Below, in pieces: positions 53,949 to 63,244 of a stretch of 64,000 nucleotides of DNA. How positions within the stretch are numbered: the stretch's first letter is position 1; each line of letters begins with the position of its first letter. Location of the stretch: NCBI GenBank assembly GCA_036734025.1, contig DAIMZI010000003.1, forward strand, positions 6,170 to 70,169, given 5' to 3'. The DNA comes from Dichotomicrobium sp. GTDB taxonomy: Bacteria; Pseudomonadota; Alphaproteobacteria; Rhizobiales; Rhodomicrobiaceae. The position numbers and the translations under genes were made by a program. A model generated the notes under the pieces. That model was given only the letters and a program-made list of their open reading frames with translations, made no database searches and was not told the DNA's origin.

Positions 53949-56060
53949 ATGAGACCTGAATGTCTCAATGCGCTGTTTGCGCCGCTGAGCAACCTCAACG
54001 GCATCGGTGAGCGGCTGGAAGACGCGGTCGGACGGCTGATCGGCACACCAGCGGATCGCTCTGCCCGTGTCCTCGATGTGCTGTGGCATTTGCCTTCGGG
54101 CCTCTTGGACCGGCGCGCTCGGCCTAGCATTGCAGACGTGTCGCCAGGGAACCTCGTGACTTTGAACGTCCTTGTCAAGGCTCATCGCGCGCCGCCGGCC
54201 AAGGCCGCACGGGCGCCCTACAAGGTGGTCTGCGAGGATGAAACCGGGCGCATCGAGCTTGTGTTCTTTCATGCCGACCGGCGCTATTTGCAGCGCGTGC
54301 TGCCCGTGGGCGAGCGTCGCATCGTTTCGGGCCGCGCCGAAGTCTTCGGCAAGAAGGTCCAGATGGTTCACCCCGACCATGTCGTCAGCGAGGACGACGC
54401 GGCAAAGATCCCGGCTCTGGAGCCGGTCTATCCGCTGGCGCAGGGGCTGACCCAGCGGCTGCTGCGCTCGGCTGTCCGCCAGGCGCTGGAGCGTGTGCCC
54501 GATCTGGCGGAATGGCAGGACCAGGCGCACATCAGCGCAGAGCGCTGGCCGGGCTTTGCCGAGGCGCTGCGGCTTCTGCATGTCCCCGTGGGTGATGCCG
54601 ATCTGGCGGCCGCAGCCCGCGCCCGGCGGCGGCTGGCCTGCGACGAGTTCTTCGCCAGCCAGCTTGCCCTGGCGCTGATGCGCAGCCGCTTTCGCCGCGT
54701 CGGCGGGCGGGCGCTGGTTGCGCGTGGCGAGCGCGCGGCGCAGATCACATCGGCCCTGCCCTTTGCCCTGACCGGCGCCCAGCAGCGCGCGATCAAAGAA
54801 ATTCTTGCCGACATGGCCGCGCCACAGCGCATGCTGCGGCTGCTTCAGGGCGATGTCGGCAGCGGCAAGACGATCGTCACGCTGATCGCCATGGCGGGCG
54901 CGGTCGAGGCCGGGGCGCAGGCCGCCATGATGGTGCCGACCGAGGTGCTGGCGCAGCAGCATTACAAGACGCTCGTGGCGCTGGGCGCGCCGGCCGGCTT
55001 GCGCATCGGCCTGTTGACCGGACGCGACAGCGGCGCGGCTCGCCGGCAGATGCTGAGCGCCATTCGCGACGGCCATATCGATATCGCCGTCGGCACCCAC
55101 GCCCTGTTTCAGAGCGATGTCGAATTCCGCGATCTCGGCCTGGCGATCATCGACGAGCAGCACCGCTTCGGCGTGCATCAGCGTCTGGCGCTACAGGCCA
55201 AGGGCAAGGGCGCCGGCGTGGATATACTGGTCGCCACGGCAACGCCCATTCCGCGCACCCTGATGATGGCGCACTATGGCGACATGGACGTCTCGCGGCT
55301 GGACGAAAAGCCGCCGGGTCGCAAGCCGGTGCTGACGCGCGCGCTGCCCGAGGATCGGCTGAACGATGTCATCGACGCGGTGGTGCGCGCCCGGCGCACA
55401 GGCGCACAGGTGTTCTGGGTGTGTCCGTTGGTGGAAAGCTCCGATGCAGCCCCGTTCACTTCGGCCGAGGAGCGCGCCAGCCACCTGCGCCAGCATTTCG
55501 GTGATGATGTCGGGCTGGTCCACGGGCGCATGAAGGGCGCGGAGAAAGACGCGGCGATGGCGGCCTTCGCCGGCGGGCGAACCGGCATTCTCGTCTCGAC
55601 GACGGTGATCGAGGTGGGGGTAGACGTACCCAACGCCTCCATCCTGGTGATCGAGCACGCCGAACGCTTCGGGCTTTCGCAATTGCATCAGCTGCGCGGG
55701 CGCGTCGGGCGCGGCGATGTTCAGGCGACCTGCCTGCTGATGTACCGGCCGCCTCTGGGCGAGACGGCGCAGGCGCGGCTGAAGGTGATGCGCGAGACCG
55801 ATGATGGTTTCACAATCGCCGAAGAGGATCTGCGGCTGCGCGGCGGCGGCGAGATCCTGGGCACCCGCCAGTCTGGTGATCCGGGCTTTCGCGTCGCCCG
55901 GCTGGGCGAGGATGCCGATCTGCTGGCGATCGCACGCGATCAGGCCCGGCTGCTGATCACCCGCGATCCCGGTCTGACGTCACCCGCCGGGATGGCTGCG
56001 TGCGCCTGCCTCTATCTGTTTGAGCGCGATGAGGCGATCAGAAGCATGCGCGCGGGCTGA
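53949..56060 (+). CDS. recG: ATP-dependent DNA helicase RecG
   Basis: A wedge domain, then GDVGSGKT, DEQHRFG and QLHQLRGRVGRG motifs. ATG 53949 is used. Confidence 0.95.
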   Translation: MRPECLNALFAPLSNLNGIGERLEDAVGRLIGTPADRSARVLDVLWHLPSGLLDRRARPSIADVSPGNLVTLNVLVKAHRAPPAKAARAPYKVVCEDETGRIELVFFHADRRYLQRVLPVGERRIVSGRAEVFGKKVQMVHPDHVVSEDDAAKIPALEPVYPLAQGLTQRLLRSAVRQALERVPDLAEWQDQAHISAERWPGFAEALRLLHVPVGDADLAAAARARRRLACDEFFASQLALALMRSRFRRVGGRALVARGERAAQITSALPFALTGAQQRAIKEILADMAAPQRMLRLLQGDVGSGKTIVTLIAMAGAVEAGAQAAMMVPTEVLAQQHYKTLVALGAPAGLRIGLLTGRDSGAARRQMLSAIRDGHIDIAVGTHALFQSDVEFRDLGLAIIDEQHRFGVHQRLALQAKGKGAGVDILVATATPIPRTLMMAHYGDMDVSRLDEKPPGRKPVLTRALPEDRLNDVIDAVVRARRTGAQVFWVCPLVESSDAAPFTSAEERASHLRQHFGDDVGLVHGRMKGAEKDAAMAAFAGGRTGILVSTTVIEVGVDVPNASILVIEHAERFGLSQLHQLRGRVGRGDVQATCLLMYRPPLGETAQARLKVMRETDDGFTIAEEDLRLRGGGEILGTRQSGDPGFRVARLGEDADLLAIARDQARLLITRDPGLTSPAGMAACACLYLFERDEAIRSMRAG

Positions 56061-56067
56061 AACGCGA

Positions 56068-56101
56068 AAAGGGTGAACCAGAAACATCTGATCCACCCCT
56101 T
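56068..56101. terminator. Candidate bidirectional terminator between recG and the small secreted-peptide gene
   Basis: AAAGGGTG...CACCCCTT outer stem with an inner CAGA/TCTG stem. On the minus strand it is followed by TTTTCGCG. Confidence 0.4.
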
Positions 56102-56123
56102 GCGACATAATGTCAGGCGCTGA

Positions 56124-56255
56124 TTAATTGCCGTGCTGCGACAGCTTTTCAAAAAACACCTTCGCATCACTTGCATAATCAGAAGGTGCAGCCGAAGCAG
56201 CAGAAGCAAAGCCAACAAAAGTAAGCGCGGCGATAGCCATGATGATTGTCTTCAT
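56124..56255 (-). CDS. 43-aa secreted peptide (hypothetical)
   Basis: MKTIIMAIAALTFVGFASAASA|APSDYASDAKVFFEKLSQHGN. RBS AAAGGA lies 9 nt upstream. It has a Sec signal with an ASA-A site and a terminator-like hairpin downstream. Codon third positions are A/T-rich, atypical for this genome. Confidence 0.5.
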   Translation of the reverse strand: MKTIIMAIAALTFVGFASAASAAPSDYASDAKVFFEKLSQHGN

Positions 56256-56559
56256 GATGTAGATCCTTTCTTGTTTCGTTTCGTAGAGGTTCGTGTGTTC
56301 GCCGACTACTGTTTGTGTCGGCATGACTGGAATGTATTACAGATCTCGGCGAAAGAAAATGGGGTGTAACCATCCCGTGATAACAGATGAAGCTAGCGTT
56401 ATCTCGTGTGATAGAGCGTCCGTCAGGTGCTGACAAAACGGCTGATCTCGGCCGCATCCGCTACACGAAAAGTGCATGCGTGGTGAACGGTTCAGGGTCT
56501 AGGATGCCCGACAGGCCGCCGATACCACATTGGCGCCGCTGCCAAATTCGGAAACGTTG

Positions 56560-58446
56560 ATGTCCACTCCTCCTCTAGCCAGGCAATTACGCGCCTTCGC
56601 AGCGTTTCGCGCCCTGCCTGAGGAAGCCTTGTTGCGCCTTTACGGGTACGGCCATTCGGTGGCGCTCGGCGCGGGCGAGACTTTGGCCCATGCCGGGGCG
56701 CCGCTGCGCGCGCTTTACATCGTGGTGTCGGGTCGTCTGCTGGGCGTGGCTGACGGCCTGTCGCCAGAGCCGGGCGAGCGTTCCTTCTCCGCCGGTGCGG
56801 CGGTCTATCCGTTGGCATTCCTCGCTGGCCGGGTGGCGCCGGCGCATGTGGTCGCGGCGCGACCCAGCGTGGTGTTCTGCATGGAGCGCGAGGCGCTGGA
56901 CGAAGCCGCGCGGGAAATCCCCGAATTCTGGCCCGGCCTTGCGGCGGGGCTCGCAGGAGAATTGCTCGCCCTCGGCCATGAGCGAACAGCGCCGCGCCCG
57001 CCGGCAAAATCCTTGTTCATCTGCGCCGCCGGCCCCGAGCCGATACGGCACGATGCCCTGGAGCGGCTGCTTGGCGCTCTGGAGGCCCGCGCCAGGTGTC
57101 AGGTTCTATCGGCCGAGGCGCTGGGACAGGATTTGCCCGGTGGCATCGCGCTCGATGATCCGCAGGTCATCCACTGGCTGGACGAACAGGAGCGCGCCAG
57201 CGATCTGGTGATCTATCTTGCGGAACCAGAAGTCGATGCCTGGACACGCCGGGCTCTGGCTCAGGCCGATCAGGCTTTGCTCATCGGCATGAACGATGGC
57301 GATGACGGCGGGCCGCGAATGCGTCTCAATCCGGTCGAGGAACTGGTTCTCGAAACCCTCGGCTCGGTCAATTGCCGGCTTGCCCTGGTGCATCAGGGGC
57401 GCGCTGCCGGCTTGGCAATTCCTGGCGCACAGCGGTGGATCGATCCGCGTGGTCCGCGATCCTGGCATCATGTGGCGCTGGATGATGCAGCCTCCTTCGA
57501 CCGGCTGGCGCGCTTCGTGCTGGGGCGGGCCAATGGCGTGTTTCTCGCCGGTCCGGGGCTGGCGGGGGCGGCGGCGCTCGGCATCGTCCGGGCCTTGCAA
57601 GCCTCTGGTGTGCCTGTCGATGCCATCTGCGGCACCGGAGCGGGCGCGGCCGTCGGGGCGCTGCTGGGTCTTGGCCTCAGCCCGGATGAGGCCGACGCGC
57701 TCAGCGTGCGCGTGTTTGCCGAAGCCGGCGTCCTTCGCGAAGGCAGGGCGCGCACAAGCCCCGGCGGCGAGCGCATCGCGCTATATGACCACAAGCGGCT
57801 CGACAGCCAGATCGCCAGGCACATTCCGCCGGCCAATATTCCCGATCTGGCCATTCCGTTTTGCGCGGTATCGGCCAATCTGTCCACCGGCCAGCCCTTC
57901 TGGCATGACCGCGGCGGCATTCAGGCCGCATCGCGCGCGAACTGGCTGCCGCCTGGCGCTGTGGCGCCGTTCATCACGCCCGACAGGGAAATGCTGACCG
58001 ATGGCTCTGGGCTGTCGCCGCTGCCTCTGGACGGGTTGCGCGATCTGGGCCTGGGCTCGTGCTTCATCATCGTGCCGGTGCTTGCGCCTCTCGGGCTATC
58101 GCCGTTGCGCTATCAGGATCTGCCGGCGGGCTATTCGCTGCCATGGATCTGGCCGCAGGACGACAGCCGTGACGGGGTCTCGGCGGGACGGCTTCCGGGA
58201 ACGGCTGATATTGTCGCGCGTTCGCGTGCTCCGCTTGCTCCCGGCGCCGATGGGTTGAGCGACACGTTGCTGCCCGGCGTGAACCTGATCCCGCTTTGCC
58301 CGCCCATGCCGCGCGGCGTCTCCGTGCTCGACTGGCAGCACCACAGCCGGGTCATGGCGCTGGCCTATGCCTGGGGCATGCGCGAGTTGATCCGCGCCGA
58401 CGCCGACGGTGATCCGTTTCTGGCGGCTGCACATGACAAGGTCTAG
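56560..58446 (+). CDS. Cyclic-nucleotide-binding-like domain / patatin-like phospholipase-fold protein with a degenerate active site
   Basis: The N-terminus resembles cNMP/CAP domains (FRALPEEALLRLYGYGHSVALGAGETLAHAGAPLRALYIVVSGRL). The patatin region VFLAGPGLAGAAALGIVRAL...DAICGTGAGAAVGAL replaces the usual GGGxRG and GxSxG motifs. DGSG stands where the DGG Asp motif is expected. An alternative TTG start lies at 56530. Confidence 0.75.
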   Translation: MSTPPLARQLRAFAAFRALPEEALLRLYGYGHSVALGAGETLAHAGAPLRALYIVVSGRLLGVADGLSPEPGERSFSAGAAVYPLAFLAGRVAPAHVVAARPSVVFCMEREALDEAAREIPEFWPGLAAGLAGELLALGHERTAPRPPAKSLFICAAGPEPIRHDALERLLGALEARARCQVLSAEALGQDLPGGIALDDPQVIHWLDEQERASDLVIYLAEPEVDAWTRRALAQADQALLIGMNDGDDGGPRMRLNPVEELVLETLGSVNCRLALVHQGRAAGLAIPGAQRWIDPRGPRSWHHVALDDAASFDRLARFVLGRANGVFLAGPGLAGAAALGIVRALQASGVPVDAICGTGAGAAVGALLGLGLSPDEADALSVRVFAEAGVLREGRARTSPGGERIALYDHKRLDSQIARHIPPANIPDLAIPFCAVSANLSTGQPFWHDRGGIQAASRANWLPPGAVAPFITPDREMLTDGSGLSPLPLDGLRDLGLGSCFIIVPVLAPLGLSPLRYQDLPAGYSLPWIWPQDDSRDGVSAGRLPGTADIVARSRAPLAPGADGLSDTLLPGVNLIPLCPPMPRGVSVLDWQHHSRVMALAYAWGMRELIRADADGDPFLAAAHDKV

Positions 58447-58472
58447 CGCTCCTGCCGTTTCCGGCGTCGCGA

Positions 58473-59420
58473 TCAGTCCGCGGCCATCATCCGGCCATTT
58501 GCCTCTTCGGCCAATCTGGCCCGCTCCGGGCTGGCCGGATAGGTGCCGAGCAGGATCACCTTTGACGTGAAAAAATCCAGTTCCTCCATGGCCAGCGTGA
58601 CGCTGCGGTCATCGGGGTGGCCCTCGATGTCGGCGTAGAACATGGTGGCATTGAAGCTGCCTTCGAGCTGATAGGATTCCAGCTTGGTCATGTTCACGCC
58701 GTTCGTAGCGAACCCTCCCAGCGCCTTGTACAGCGCCGCCGGGACGTTGCGCACCCGAAATACGAATGTCGTGATTACCTGCCCATCTTGCGCGCCGATC
58801 GTACAGGGCTGATCGGCAAGCACCAGAAAACGGGTGGTGTTGTGTGCGGCGTCCTGAATGTCGCGGCGCAATATGTTCAGCCCGTGCATGTCGGCGGCCA
58901 GTTCCGAGGCGATCGCCGCCCGGCTGCGATCACCCGTCTCCCCGACCATGCGCGCCGAGCCGGCCGTGTCTGCCTCCGTCACCGGGGTCAGGCCCAGCGA
59001 CCTGATGAGCTGGCGGCATTGGCCCAGCGCCTGGGTGTGGCTGTGTACGCTGCGGATGTCTTCGAGGGCCGCGCCGGGCAGAGCCATAAGCTGGTGGGAA
59101 ATGCGCTCGAAATGTTCACCGACGATGAACAGGCCAGAATCGGGGAGCAGATGATGCACGTCGGCGACCCGGCCGGCGACCGAATTTTCGATCGGGATCA
59201 TAGCGAGCCGGGCAGATCCGCCGCGCACGCAGGCCAGCGCATCCTCGAATGTGGCGCAGGCGAGCGGTGCCATTTCCGGAAAACGGTCAATGCACGCCAC
59301 ATGAGAATTGGCTCCGGGCTCGCCCTGATAGGCGATCGTGTTGGCGGCGTCTGAAGCCTTGGTTGCGGCGTCAGGCCGGTGCGGCATACGCTTGCGCTTC
59401 CTGGTCAATTGCGTGCTCAT
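58473..59420 (-). CDS. pheA: Prephenate dehydratase
   Basis: IAYQGEPGANSH, the TRF motif (NTTRFLVL) and a C-terminal ACT domain. Confidence 0.9.
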   Translation of the reverse strand: MSTQLTRKRKRMPHRPDAATKASDAANTIAYQGEPGANSHVACIDRFPEMAPLACATFEDALACVRGGSARLAMIPIENSVAGRVADVHHLLPDSGLFIVGEHFERISHQLMALPGAALEDIRSVHSHTQALGQCRQLIRSLGLTPVTEADTAGSARMVGETGDRSRAAIASELAADMHGLNILRRDIQDAAHNTTRFLVLADQPCTIGAQDGQVITTFVFRVRNVPAALYKALGGFATNGVNMTKLESYQLEGSFNATMFYADIEGHPDDRSVTLAMEELDFFTSKVILLGTYPASPERARLAEEANGRMMAAD

Positions 59421-59465
59421 TCAAGCGTCTTCTCGATGACGGTTCTGTTCATGTGAAATCGCGGG

Positions 59466-60263
59466 TCAGTCGCGTCCCGAACCCGGCGCAGCAACCAGCG
59501 GCGCTGCGTGCGCCGCTCCGGGCCAGGCGGCAAGCACGCTGCGCGCGCGCTCCAGATCGGCCGGCGTGTCGACGCCATGCGGCACAGCATCGACACAGCC
59601 CACATGGATGCGCATGCCGGCTTCAAGCGCGCGGAGTTGCTCAAGCCGTTCGCGAAGCTCCAGTTCCGACGCCGGCAGATGCACAAAACGCTCCAGCGCG
59701 GCGCGGCGGAAGGCATAAATGCCGATATGATGGTGGAATATCCCCGGGCCGAAGGGTGCGGATGCCCGCGTGAAGTAGAGCGCGCGCAGGGTCTGCGGGC
59801 CGACGCGCGTGCCCACCACCTTGACGATATTGGGGTCGAGCACATCGAACGGATCGTTGATCGGTGCGGCCAGCGTGGCGATATCTGCCGCGCGATCGCC
59901 CAGTGCCGCGACACAAGCGCGCACTATATCCGGCTGGATTGTCGGCAGATCGCCCTGTAGGTTGACTACGATATCGGCATGGCCATGCGGATCAGCGCGT
60001 GTCATCGCTTCATAGACCCGGTCGGAGCCGCTGGTGTGGTCCGCGCGGGTCATGATCGCTTCGCCGCCGGCGCGCGTGATCGCTTCGGCAATGGGTTCTG
60101 CGTCAGTCGCGACAAAGACGCGGCCGGCACTCGATTCCATAGCCCGGCGCCATACATGCACGATCATGGGGTCGCCATGTATGTCGGCGAGCGGCTTGCC
60201 CGGCAGCCGGCTAGCCTGAAGTCGTGCTGGTATGATAATAAGAATTCGTGAATTGGCGTCCAT
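59466..60263 (-). CDS. kdsB: 3-deoxy-manno-octulosonate cytidylyltransferase
   Basis: ILIIIPARLQASRLPGKPLADI and VNLQGD motifs. An alternative start is ATG 60296. The track start at 60458 is rejected. Confidence 0.9.
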   Translation of the reverse strand: MDANSRILIIIPARLQASRLPGKPLADIHGDPMIVHVWRRAMESSAGRVFVATDAEPIAEAITRAGGEAIMTRADHTSGSDRVYEAMTRADPHGHADIVVNLQGDLPTIQPDIVRACVAALGDRAADIATLAAPINDPFDVLDPNIVKVVGTRVGPQTLRALYFTRASAPFGPGIFHHHIGIYAFRRAALERFVHLPASELELRERLEQLRALEAGMRIHVGCVDAVPHGVDTPADLERARSVLAAWPGAAHAAPLVAAPGSGRD

Positions 60264-60384
60264 ATGAGGCCTGGCAGGTGTGGCGGGCTGGATCATGATC
60301 GAGCCGCAGGTTACATAACTTGCAGATATGGGTGCTATCCCGGTTTGATGACGTTGTAAGCAGATTATTCGAGGATCGCAAACG

Positions 60385-61029
60385 ATGGACTCATGGACGT
60401 TCAATAAGCTTGCTGGCGCGACGCTCGCCGCTCTGCTGGTGCTCGTCGGTGTAAACACGGCAGTCGATGAACTCTATCCCAGAGGCGAGGTCCAGAGCGA
60501 CGTAGCATCGACCGGGCAACCGTCAGCTGATGTGGCGCAAACACAGGCAGCTTCGAGAAGCGCATCTGAGCCTTCATCGCAGGACCAGGCCGCCGAGCCA
60601 TCAGATCCAGCTGCTGCTGATGCGGCGCCATCGCTGGCTGTCCTGTTGGCCTCGGCCGATGCATCGGCGGGCGAAGGTGCGGCGCGGGCCTGTCGCGCCT
60701 GTCATGTGTTTGATGAAGGCAACGCCAATCGCGTTGGCCCCGGTCTTTATGGCATCGTCGGACGTCCGTTAGCTGCGGCCGAGGGCTACAATTATTCCGA
60801 TGCACTCAAGAACAAGGGTGGCGAATGGACGTATGCCGCGCTGGACGGGTTCCTGGAAAATCCGCGCGAATGGGTGCCCGGCAACAAGATGTCCTATCCC
60901 GGCATCAGGGACGCAAAGAACCGCGCCGATCTGATCGCCTATCTGGCGTCTCTGGGCGATGCGCCTCCGTTTCCGGAGCCTGATGAGGCAGAGGCGGCCC
61001 CTGAAGAGCGCGCGCAGGCGAGCGAATAG
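60385..61029 (+). CDS. Membrane-anchored class I cytochrome c (CycM-like)
   Basis: An N-terminal TM anchor and an acidic Ala/Ser/Pro linker are followed by a c2-type domain with CRACH and NKMSYPG. Confidence 0.85.
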   Translation: MDSWTFNKLAGATLAALLVLVGVNTAVDELYPRGEVQSDVASTGQPSADVAQTQAASRSASEPSSQDQAAEPSDPAAADAAPSLAVLLASADASAGEGAARACRACHVFDEGNANRVGPGLYGIVGRPLAAAEGYNYSDALKNKGGEWTYAALDGFLENPREWVPGNKMSYPGIRDAKNRADLIAYLASLGDAPPFPEPDEAEAAPEERAQASE

Positions 61030-61318
61030 CGGCTTGTCCGGCAAGGGCAATTTGCCGGCTGGCGTGATTGACCGCGCGGGTTGCGGCAGCAGAGTGTGAA
61101 AGCGCTGCAGCCCGTGTGCGCGAGCGCCCAAGCCGCGCCTTTCCAGAAATCCACACCGGCACATCCAAAAACCGTTTCATTCAAGACGGTTGGCGCGGCT
61201 GGATGAAAGTTTTTTAATTAGGTGCTGAGATTTTGACTGGTCATGTTAAAACCAGAAGCCATTGAGAGGTCGGCGGCGTTTCGCCGCAACTGATTTTCCT
61301 GAAACCATCGGGAGTGAT

Positions 61319-63190
61319 ATGCAAGCGCGTTATCTTGTCGGGAAAAGCATATTTTTTTTCGCATTGCTTGCCGCGGTGCTCGGCTATGCGGCGGCCATGG
61401 CGCAAACCCCGCCAGCAAATGCGCCGGAACGCAAGCACGGCCTGACCCTCATCGGCGAGGCACCAGCCCTGCCGCCAGACTTTACTCATTTTCCCTACGC
61501 CAACCCGGATGCTCCCAAGGGCGGCTCGGTCAAGTTGTGGGGATTTGGTTCATTTGACAGCGTCAACCCGATCCCGTTGCGCGGGCAAAAGGCGATCGGG
61601 CTTGGTCTCGTCTTCGACCAGTTGATGGTATCCAGCCTTGATGAGCCATCAACCGAATATGGACTGATCGCCGAATGGGTGTCCCATCCCGATGATTTCT
61701 CATCTGTAACCTTCGGGCTCAATCCGCAAGCGCGCTGGCACGACGGCAAGCCGATCACGGTGGAAGATGTCATCTTCTCGCTCGAAACGCTGAAGGCCCA
61801 CAATCCCTCCTTTGCCGCTTACTATGCCAATGTCCTGAGCGCCGAAGAGACCGGTCCACGTGAAGTGACATTCCACTTCGACATGAAAGGCAACCGCGAA
61901 TTGCCGCTGATTGTCGGCCAACTCACGGTCTTTCCGAAGCATTTCTGGGCCAGTGAGGGGCGTGATCCGGCCCGCACCACCCTCGACCCGGTGCTCGGCT
62001 CGGGCCCCTATCGCATCCGCAGCATCGATGGCGGGCGCTCGATCATTTATGAGCGCGTGCCGGATTACTGGGCGCAGGACCTGCCGGCTGCGCGCGGCCA
62101 TTACAATTTCGATGAGCTCCGCTTCGATTACTACCGCGATCAGACGATCGCATTCGAAGCCTTCAAGGCCGGCAAGATCGATTTCTTTCAGGAAAGCAGC
62201 GCGCGCAACTGGGCAACCGGCTATGATTTCCCTGCGCTCAAAGACGGCCGCGTAGTCAAGCGCGACGATATCGTCCTGGACAATCCGCAGCCTATGCAAG
62301 CTTTCGTGATGAACCTGAGGCGCGCGAAATTCGAGGATGCGCGGGTGCGCCTCGCGTTCAATCTGGCGTTTGATTTCGAGTGGGCCAACGAGACGCTTTT
62401 TTACGGACAGTATGAGCGGACGACCAGTTTTTTCGAGAACACCGAACTGGCCGCGACCGGCTTGCCCGAAGGACATGAGCGCGAGGTGCTGGAAAAACTC
62501 CGCGAGGAATTTCCAGATCATTTGCCCGCCTCGGTCCTTAGCGAGAGCTACACCAATCCGACCGGGGGCGGGCCGGCCAACATGCGCCCGAACTATCGCA
62601 GGGCGCTTGCGCTCATGCGCGAAGCCGGCTGGGAAATCCGCGGCGGCAAGCTGACCAATGTCGAGACCGGTCAACCGTTCGAGGTTGAATTCCTGCTCCA
62701 GTCACCGGCGATGGAGAGGGTAGTGCTGCCCTACATCCAGAGCCTGGCGCGCATCGGCATCACGGCCCGCGCGCGCGTCGTCGACAGCCCGCAATACAAG
62801 GAGCGCACCGATCGTTTCGACTTTGACATCATTGTCGATGTTTTACCCCAGTCGGAGTCGCCCGGCAACGAGCAGCGCGATTTCTGGGGTTCAGCGGCGG
62901 CAGATATCGAAGGCAGCCGTAATACCATGGGGATCAGGAACCCGGCGGTCGATCGGCTGATCGACATGATCATAGCCGCGCCGGACAGGCAGACGCTGGT
63001 CGCCGTCACGCGCGCGCTTGATCGCGTGCTGCTGCACAATCATTACGTGGTGCCGCAATGGTATACGCCGACTGAGCGCATCGCCTACTGGAACAAGTTC
63101 GCGTATCCCGAGCAGCTACCAAAGCGCACCATCGGTTTTATTCAGATATGGTGGCATAGCGCGGAAAGCGCCATCCCGCAGGGGCAGTAA
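61319..63190 (+). CDS. ABC transporter family-5 substrate-binding protein, YejA-like
   Basis: About 620 aa with a signal peptide (FFFALLAAVLGYAAAMA). The length and PDAPKGGS...GSGPY pattern resemble YejA-type peptide/microcin C binding proteins. RBS GGGAG is present. Confidence 0.85.
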   Translation: MQARYLVGKSIFFFALLAAVLGYAAAMAQTPPANAPERKHGLTLIGEAPALPPDFTHFPYANPDAPKGGSVKLWGFGSFDSVNPIPLRGQKAIGLGLVFDQLMVSSLDEPSTEYGLIAEWVSHPDDFSSVTFGLNPQARWHDGKPITVEDVIFSLETLKAHNPSFAAYYANVLSAEETGPREVTFHFDMKGNRELPLIVGQLTVFPKHFWASEGRDPARTTLDPVLGSGPYRIRSIDGGRSIIYERVPDYWAQDLPAARGHYNFDELRFDYYRDQTIAFEAFKAGKIDFFQESSARNWATGYDFPALKDGRVVKRDDIVLDNPQPMQAFVMNLRRAKFEDARVRLAFNLAFDFEWANETLFYGQYERTTSFFENTELAATGLPEGHEREVLEKLREEFPDHLPASVLSESYTNPTGGGPANMRPNYRRALALMREAGWEIRGGKLTNVETGQPFEVEFLLQSPAMERVVLPYIQSLARIGITARARVVDSPQYKERTDRFDFDIIVDVLPQSESPGNEQRDFWGSAAADIEGSRNTMGIRNPAVDRLIDMIIAAPDRQTLVAVTRALDRVLLHNHYVVPQWYTPTERIAYWNKFAYPEQLPKRTIGFIQIWWHSAESAIPQGQ

Positions 63191-63244
63191 GATGAGTGTG
63201 CCGGGGCTGCACGCTCCGGCATGAAGCGGTATGAGGTGGAATGA

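Noticed and set aside
56560-58446. The patatin-like gene as a CBASS-type or other anti-phage defence effector.
   Set aside because: No cyclase, CD-NTase or other defence partner lies nearby. The flanking genes are housekeeping (recG, pheA, kdsB). The predicted nucleophile Ser is missing, which argues against an active phospholipase effector.
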